Notes under the pieces: model-generated
Databases searched by the model: none
Seen by the model: the letters and a program-made list of their open reading frames with translations, nothing else
What the model was told of the DNA's origin: nothing
In this document: one piece after another, positions 58,100 to 64,000 of the stretch
Position numbering within the stretch: the first letter of the stretch is position 1
Layout of the letters: every line of letters begins with the position of its first letter
Assembly: GCA_020348925.1 (NCBI GenBank)
Contig: CP070758.1
Location: 3,425,688-3,489,687, forward strand
Reading direction: 5' to 3'
DNA from: Gemmatimonadota bacterium
Lineage (GTDB): Bacteria > JBHIER01 > G020348925
DNA: 64,000 bases
Made by a program: the position numbers and the translations under genes

Positions 58100-59255
58100 A
58101 AAGAGAGCGAAAAATTCTATCTTACGATTTTTAACGCCACGGGGATTTCCCTTTGTTCTCATTTTGGCAGTATTGTTCTCCTCTCGAAGTTCCACATGTG
58201 CCGGTTCCCATCCTCCCGTGTTCAGACCTGATATGAAAGCCTTGGGAATGGGCGGAGCCTATGTGGCTGCGGGCGATAATGCGAACGTCTTGGTTTACAA
58301 TCCTGCACTCTTGAGCCGAGTGGGCTTCGACCTCGTCATCCCCAGTCTCCGACTGCGCCTTGACGATAATTTTTGGGACGTGGCAAATTTTATCGTGGAC
58401 CATCAAGAGGATTTCGCACATTTTGACAGCTTATACGCCGGTCAGGGAGACAGCGCATCCCTCGAGAACCTCGAGGAATTTCTCGAGGAAATCACACCGT
58501 ATGAGGACCGGTGGGGCAAGAGCAGGTTCGCTCCCATGTTCAGTCTTTCTTTTAAGCATTTTGGGATCGGGATTTTCAACACGACCGACATCTGGATCAA
58601 AGTGGATAAGGGGATATACAATCCAAAGGTTTACGGCCAGGCTGTTTCAGACCTTGTTTTCGTATCAGGCTATTCACAACCGGTAAGCGACAAAGTCACG
58701 CTCGGGGTAACCGGGAAATATGTCAGCCGCCGTACAAGCGGCTTAGTTCAAATTGGCGCTGCGAACCTTGGCGGAACAAACGAGGTGTTGAAGCCGGCGT
58801 ACAATAATTTGCGCAAAGATGAGAGAGGAATTGGTCTCGATCTTGGTGTTCTCTACGCCCCAAAACCGCGACTTGACTTCGGCTTCGTCATGACAGAGGT
58901 CCTCAGCCAAATAGGAGGTCGGAGTATATCGAGAAATCTCAAAGCAGGAGTTGCCTATCGGTGGGAGACATTGCCCTGGCTCTCTCTGAGGAATGGGGTC
59001 GTGGCCGCCGACGTTGAAGATCTCCTTTTCACCTCTGGAGACAGTTTCTTCAAACAGCTTCATGTGGGTGCTGCGACGACGCTTTTCGTCTTTGACCTCA
59101 GAGCCGGCTGCAATCGAGGCTATCTCTCAGCTGGAATTGGTCTCAACCTCTATATATTTAATATCGATTATGTCTATTATGGAGAGGAATTGGGAACATA
59201 CCCTGGCCACAAGGCCGAGTGGTACCATGCCCTCGAGTTGGCTGTGGGATGGTAG
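58092..59255 (+). CDS. TraF-like/FadL-superfamily outer-membrane beta-barrel
   Basis: KALGMGGAYVA, YNPALL, GIGLDLG, LRAG.NRGYLSAG.G, DYVYYGEELG, terminal W. Confidence 0.75.
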   Translation: MFRKRAKNSILRFLTPRGFPFVLILAVLFSSRSSTCAGSHPPVFRPDMKALGMGGAYVAAGDNANVLVYNPALLSRVGFDLVIPSLRLRLDDNFWDVANFIVDHQEDFAHFDSLYAGQGDSASLENLEEFLEEITPYEDRWGKSRFAPMFSLSFKHFGIGIFNTTDIWIKVDKGIYNPKVYGQAVSDLVFVSGYSQPVSDKVTLGVTGKYVSRRTSGLVQIGAANLGGTNEVLKPAYNNLRKDERGIGLDLGVLYAPKPRLDFGFVMTEVLSQIGGRSISRNLKAGVAYRWETLPWLSLRNGVVAADVEDLLFTSGDSFFKQLHVGAATTLFVFDLRAGCNRGYLSAGIGLNLYIFNIDYVYYGEELGTYPGHKAEWYHALELAVGW

Positions 59256-59362
59256 AGATGATCAAAGCTGCGCATTCAAGAAACCGAAATACCAGGGAAC
59301 CAGGTGAAAGGAATACCCTGATTCAATAGCTTGAGCCTCGAATCCCCGAACCTTTAAGATTT

Positions 59363-60439
59363 TCATTTCCGTGCTTTCACCAGAAGCGTAACTCCAATAA
59401 GACCGAAGATCACGTTTCCAATCCAGGCAGCGGCCAACGGGGGTAAATCACCTGTCCGGCCGAATGCCCGGCCGGCTTCCATCACCGTGTAATAGACGAA
59501 GCAGATAAAAAGGCTGATTCCAAAGCCGACCGCGGCTCCGCTCTTTCGACGGACCGAGGCCAGGGCTGTACCGAAAAGAACAATGATCATGTTCGTGAAA
59601 GGGAAAGAGAGTTTGAGATGAAAGTCAGCTCTCCATCGTTGCGCATCACCCCCCATCCTCTGGACACGTCCAATATATTTTCTGAGCTCGAGAACATTCA
59701 TTTCCTCGGGATCCTTCGGGCGTTGAGCAATATCGTCGGGAGTGAAATCAAAATCCGAACGCCGTAACAGAGAAAATGTTTCGAACTGTTCCTCGTCATC
59801 TTCGAAGGTTCTTCTCTCTCCCTGTTTTAAAACCCAAACGGAATTTTCCCAGATCATAGTACCCGCATCAATCCGTTCGACAAGTTTATCTCCATCGTAA
59901 ACTTGGATGAGGACTTTCTTGGCAGTTCGTGTTCTGCTCGCGTACTCATTGATGTATATGAGTCTCCTTGGCGTGTCTTGGAGATAGATATCCCTTCTTC
60001 GCAGAATATCTTGAGAGGGACGCTTTTTGATTTGCACACGTTCGACATGCGCCCTCCGACGGTTCGCTTCGGGAACAACGAGCTCGCTGAACAGAAGTGC
60101 GAAGAGACTGATCGCAATGCCAATTCTGAAAAGGGGCAGGAGAACTCTATAGAGGCTTACTCCTGAGGCTTTAAGGGCTACAGACTCATTGTGCCGCACC
60201 ATCTGACCGATTGTGAACAGACACGACAGAAGAACGGCCACAGGTAACGTGAGATTGGCCATGAACGGCACGTACAGGAGGTAGTATTTGACGACAAGAA
60301 CAAGGGGAGTGTTGTTATCGATGAACGTGTCGAGGTTTTCAATCAGGTCAATAAGAACATATATCACGACGAATGCAATAAGGGCAGCGCCGAGTGTTGC
60401 TACGAATTGTCTCGTTACGTATCGGTCGATTATGCGCAT
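59363..60439 (-). CDS. lptG: LPS export permease LptG
   Basis: IIDRYV, PVAVLLS, E.VALKASGVSLYR, KLSFP, AAWIGNV; downstream of the lptF paralog. Confidence 0.88.
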   Translation of the reverse strand: MRIIDRYVTRQFVATLGAALIAFVVIYVLIDLIENLDTFIDNNTPLVLVVKYYLLYVPFMANLTLPVAVLLSCLFTIGQMVRHNESVALKASGVSLYRVLLPLFRIGIAISLFALLFSELVVPEANRRRAHVERVQIKKRPSQDILRRRDIYLQDTPRRLIYINEYASRTRTAKKVLIQVYDGDKLVERIDAGTMIWENSVWVLKQGERRTFEDDEEQFETFSLLRRSDFDFTPDDIAQRPKDPEEMNVLELRKYIGRVQRMGGDAQRWRADFHLKLSFPFTNMIIVLFGTALASVRRKSGAAVGFGISLFICFVYYTVMEAGRAFGRTGDLPPLAAAWIGNVIFGLIGVTLLVKARK

Positions 60440-60702
60440 TCAAATATCCTTTTCAAACGTGTCGAGGAAACCACCACCATAAATACGACGGAAACTTTTC
60501 CTTCCTTCCAAAAGACCTTGAAAGCTTTGAAATCCGAAACTCGGAACAACCTCGCAATTCCGACGATCCAAACATATCCTTAATTCCTTTGACTCGCTAC
60601 GCTGACGGTTGTCCATTGAGTTTTTGTCATTTGAAATCCGATCTTTTTGCGAAAAGAATAGTTCTCAATTCTCCCCCCGCGCCGGGACGAGTCAAGTTTC
60701 CA

Positions 60703-62034
60703 TTATGGATCATGGTCGTGTGCTGTCTCACGCCTTCTCCTGAATCGAAAAAACCTCTCAGAGACGGCGCATCTCAGAAGATAGAGTCCGATCCCACCAA
60801 TGACTATATTTGGAGACCACATCGCCCATCCGGCCGGGACGATCCGCCGATCTGCCAACTGCTCACCTCCTATGAGGAACGCCCAATACAAGACGAAGAA
60901 AAAAAAGCTGATCCCCAAAGCGATAGGCCATCCGCCTCGTCGAGTCATAACCGCAAGAGGAGCACCGACCAGAACGAAGACAAGGCATGCTGCTGGGATC
61001 GATATCTTTTTGTGAATTTCGACCTTGTAACGGCTGATCTGTTTCAGGGCATTTTGAATAATGCGCTCCTCCGTTTGCAGTTTCTGAAGAACCCCTCTTC
61101 TCTCCCTGTAAAGCCGATCCATGACTTCCTGCGGAATATCCGACAAATCAGAAAAAGCGGCCAAGGACCGTTCAGGAAGGTAATCCTTGAGATCCGTTTC
61201 AACGATGCGCCTCATTTTTTCTGCGTGTTCCTCCACAGTATCCTCATAATCTCCAATTTTGTCCTGCATCATCCGGATGCCCATTTCCCTATCGCCCCTC
61301 CTCTTCGAATCCGTAAGTTTCAATTCAGTGCCCAATCCCGTCACGTGAAGCACATGTTTCTCGAAGGTGATCCGCCGGTACTGACTGTCCCGATCGTGGA
61401 TCTCACCGTGATACAACGTAATCGTGAATCTATCCATTTCAGGAGAAAAGTCCAGTATTCCCCGTTGGGCTCGAATAGTAACCGGTGCTTTCTTCTCTTG
61501 CTTTTCATAGATGGTGACCCCTTTCATCTCAGAGGTTTTATTATCAATCTTTTCGACGAGAATACTGTAACCGGGGAAATTATTAAACACACCCTCTTTC
61601 AGAGTCAATGTCGGTCGCTTACGGTGAATGGCCGACATAAGGTTCTTGGCCCTGTGATTCGATTCAGGAAGAACGCGGTCGTTGAACCAAACGAGCAAGA
61701 GGGCCAAGCCGAAAGCACATATGAGAACCGGGACAATAAGCGAAAGGAGATTCGTGCCGCTCGCCTTCACGGCTGTGATTTCGTTGTCTGCGGACAAGCG
61801 GCCGAAGGCCATGAGTGTCGACACCAACACGGCCATGGGAAGAGAAAGCGCCAACATCCAGGCCATATTCAGGACGAAAACCTCCAAAACGATGAAAGGG
61901 CTCAAACTTTTTCCGAGAATGAAATCAAATATATCAATAATAAAATCGAGAATGAGCACGAACGTAATGATAGTCAATCCAAAAAAGAAAGGACCGATAT
62001 GAGCCTTTAAAACGTACCGTGTCAGAATTTTCAC
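60703..62034 (-). CDS. lptF: LPS export permease LptF
   Basis: ILTRYVLK, LPMAVL, FGRLSADNEITAVKASG, EIHKKISIP, AMWSPN. Confidence 0.88.
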   Translation of the reverse strand: MKILTRYVLKAHIGPFFFGLTIITFVLILDFIIDIFDFILGKSLSPFIVLEVFVLNMAWMLALSLPMAVLVSTLMAFGRLSADNEITAVKASGTNLLSLIVPVLICAFGLALLLVWFNDRVLPESNHRAKNLMSAIHRKRPTLTLKEGVFNNFPGYSILVEKIDNKTSEMKGVTIYEKQEKKAPVTIRAQRGILDFSPEMDRFTITLYHGEIHDRDSQYRRITFEKHVLHVTGLGTELKLTDSKRRGDREMGIRMMQDKIGDYEDTVEEHAEKMRRIVETDLKDYLPERSLAAFSDLSDIPQEVMDRLYRERRGVLQKLQTEERIIQNALKQISRYKVEIHKKISIPAACLVFVLVGAPLAVMTRRGGWPIALGISFFFFVLYWAFLIGGEQLADRRIVPAGWAMWSPNIVIGGIGLYLLRCAVSERFFRFRRRRETAHDHDP

Positions 62035-62215
62035 CGATTCCTCCCAAACTCAGTATTCATTGGTGGCCGCATCTTCCCCTCGTTCTTTTCTTCACATTGG
62101 AACCCGCTGTCTCGGGTGAACCATCTCTCTGCACTTTGAAATCGATCTCCACGGCAATATCCTCTATGCTTTCATCTCCCTGTCACGCAGTACGCTTCCA
62201 AACGTTCAACGTGCG

Positions 62216-64000
62216 CTATGATAATGCCGCTGTTGGAAATCGAATTATAAATTCTGTGCCCCTTTCATCCCGCCCATTTTCTGAATCAAAGACATTGCAC
62301 TCCAGGGTGCCCTTGAGTTGATCCACCAAGAGCATCACCATTTGCAATCCCAATGACTGAATGTTTCGGAGATCGATATCCCTTTCAAACCCAATACCAT
62401 TATCTCGCACAGTCAAGGTAAGCTGATGCTCGCCTTGGGGATGAAAGCCGATGAAAATTTCTCCTGTGCGGTCCCCCGGGAAGGCATGTTTTAAGGAATT
62501 TGACACCAGTTCATTAAGAATTAAACCACATGGAATAGCCTCGTCGGTATCCAGTAAAATGTCAGTCACGTCAATTTTTGCCTCGATGGTACCGGTTTTT
62601 ACTCCATAGGACTGGAAGAGGTGATTCGTCAAACGTCGGATGTACTGAGATACGTTGATTTTTGATACGCTTCGAGATTGATATAATTGTTCGTGGATAA
62701 TTGCCATTGATTTCACGCGGTTTTGACTTTTCTGAAGAAGTTCGAATATTCCTCCATCCGCAACCTCTCCTTTGTGAAGATCAAGCAAGCTGGATACAAC
62801 CTGTAAATTGTTTTTTACTCGATGATGAATTTCCCTGAGAAGCACCTCTTTCTCTTTCAGCGCAGCTTTGATCTGTCCCTCGGATCGTTTGCGTTCGGTA
62901 ATATCTATCCAGCAGCCGACAATCTCTAGCGGTTTCCCCGTTTCATCCCGCACGAGTTTCATCTCGTCGCGAATCCAGATATATGTGCCGTCTTTCCTTT
63001 GGAATCGGTATTCGCATGTGTGGAATTCCTTCTCAAAAATGGTGGGCAGATCTTCCACAACACGCTGAACATCATCAGGATGTATACGATCAATCCAAAA
63101 ACGAGGAGTTTCAAGAAATTCCTTCGGTTCGTATCCAACCATTCGAATGACGTTTTCGCTCAGAAAGGTGGCTTCGTAATTACCCGAAGTTTTTGCAGTG
63201 TAAATGACTGGCGACGTCATGGAAAGCAAATATTGGAGTCTTTCATTTGCCAGAAGAATCTGTTCCTCCGCTTGCTTGCGCTGGGTAATATCTTCGACAG
63301 TTCCTTCATAATAAAGCGGTTTGCCATACTCATTCCTGACAACTCTTGCACTTTCACGAATAAACACAGTATTTCCATCCTGTCGCACCCAGGCAGATTC
63401 GAGGCCAATAACCGCACCTTCATTTTCCATACGTTCTTTAAATGCCGCGCGCGGGTATTCCGGTTCGAACCCCGTTTCTTCTAAATTGCGGCGAGCAAGT
63501 TCTTCAAAGGAGGTATACCCCAGCATGCGCATCATCGCCGGATTCGCCATAAGTATCTGGCCGTCAGCTGTCGTCCGATAGAGACCGATCATAGCATTTT
63601 CAAAAAGGGTTCGAAACCGTTCCTCCGCCTCAATAAGAGCTTGTTCCATTTTCTTTCGCTCTGTAATGTCATGAGAAATAATCTGAACAGCATGTATTTC
63701 GCCATCGATATCTCTTAAAGGCTGAATGTTCGACCAAAACCATCGCTTCCCTGATGGGAGTTCCATGGCATCTTCGAAACCGCAACTCACACCTGAATCC
63801 ATGACTTGACGATTTCTCTCCAAGAGCTCAACGGCCTTGTCTGGAAAAAGTTCGTGCATCGACTTTCCAATAAAATGTTCTGGCGCTCCGCCAAGATTCT
63901 TCGCTCCTATGACATTTACCATCAAAACAATACCACTTCTGTCGAAAAGTGTTACCGGATTGCCCGAATGTTCGAACAGCAGTCGGTATTTCTCTTCGCT
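62216..64000 (-). CDS. Multi-PAS sensor histidine kinase (HisKA_2 type), 5'-truncated by window
   Basis: At least three PAS/PAC domains; EIHHRVKNNLQ, NELVSNSLKHAF, DNGIG, SLGL; frame open to 64000. Confidence 0.92.
   Translation of the reverse strand, partial: SEEKYRLLFEHSGNPVTLFDRSGIVLMVNVIGAKNLGGAPEHFIGKSMHELFPDKAVELLERNRQVMDSGVSCGFEDAMELPSGKRWFWSNIQPLRDIDGEIHAVQIISHDITERKKMEQALIEAEERFRTLFENAMIGLYRTTADGQILMANPAMMRMLGYTSFEELARRNLEETGFEPEYPRAAFKERMENEGAVIGLESAWVRQDGNTVFIRESARVVRNEYGKPLYYEGTVEDITQRKQAEEQILLANERLQYLLSMTSPVIYTAKTSGNYEATFLSENVIRMVGYEPKEFLETPRFWIDRIHPDDVQRVVEDLPTIFEKEFHTCEYRFQRKDGTYIWIRDEMKLVRDETGKPLEIVGCWIDITERKRSEGQIKAALKEKEVLLREIHHRVKNNLQVVSSLLDLHKGEVADGGIFELLQKSQNRVKSMAIIHEQLYQSRSVSKINVSQYIRRLTNHLFQSYGVKTGTIEAKIDVTDILLDTDEAIPCGLILNELVSNSLKHAFPGDRTGEIFIGFHPQGEHQLTLTVRDNGIGFERDIDLRNIQSLGLQMVMLLVDQLKGTLECNVFDSENGRDERGTEFIIRFPTAALS

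Noticed and set aside
58092-59255. TraF-like barrel as evidence of a conjugative element
   Set aside because: No other tra, relaxase or integrase genes; embedded among housekeeping envelope genes.
60440-60702. 263-bp spacer between lptF and lptG as an ncRNA
   Set aside because: Only weak GAAATCCGA duplications and no convincing structure; possibly a decayed short-repeat element.
60394-62010. 538-aa plus-strand ORF
   Set aside because: Antisense to lptF; no recognisable domain.

Overview
Bacterial chromosomal window from a diderm organism (bamD, lptF/lptG, several PorV/FadL-type barrels). The gene content suggests an FCB-superphylum-related or candidate lineage; this is inference only. A 100-N scaffold gap lies at 18093-18192. 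Housekeeping blocks are smc-ftsY, a coaE-propionyl-CoA carboxylase-methylmalonyl-CoA mutase/epimerase operon, larE, apgM, bamD-nadD and lptFG. The accessory middle (about 17.5-50.5 kb) has two notable parts. (1) A co-oriented minus-strand locus encodes a secreted beta-propeller/FN3/FlgD-Ig protein split by one in-frame TAA, a PorV-like barrel fused to transglutaminase-like and TPR domains, a dockerin-bearing metalloprotease bracketed by direct copies of a palindromic element, and a membrane-anchored CHASE2-sigma54 activator. A consensus sigma54 promoter with tandem candidate enhancer sites lies 1.6 kb past the activator. Together these look like a candidate trans-envelope sigma54 signalling system. 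(2) Five secreted non-glycosidase proteins end in related, mostly Cys-containing, dockerin-like domains. Also seen: a decayed higBA remnant, a frameshifted porV-like pseudogene, a 3x 76-aa repeat protein, two similar micro-ORFs and several palindromic repeat families. No rRNA, tRNA, CRISPR array or transposase was recognised. All family calls come from motif recognition by eye, not database searches.
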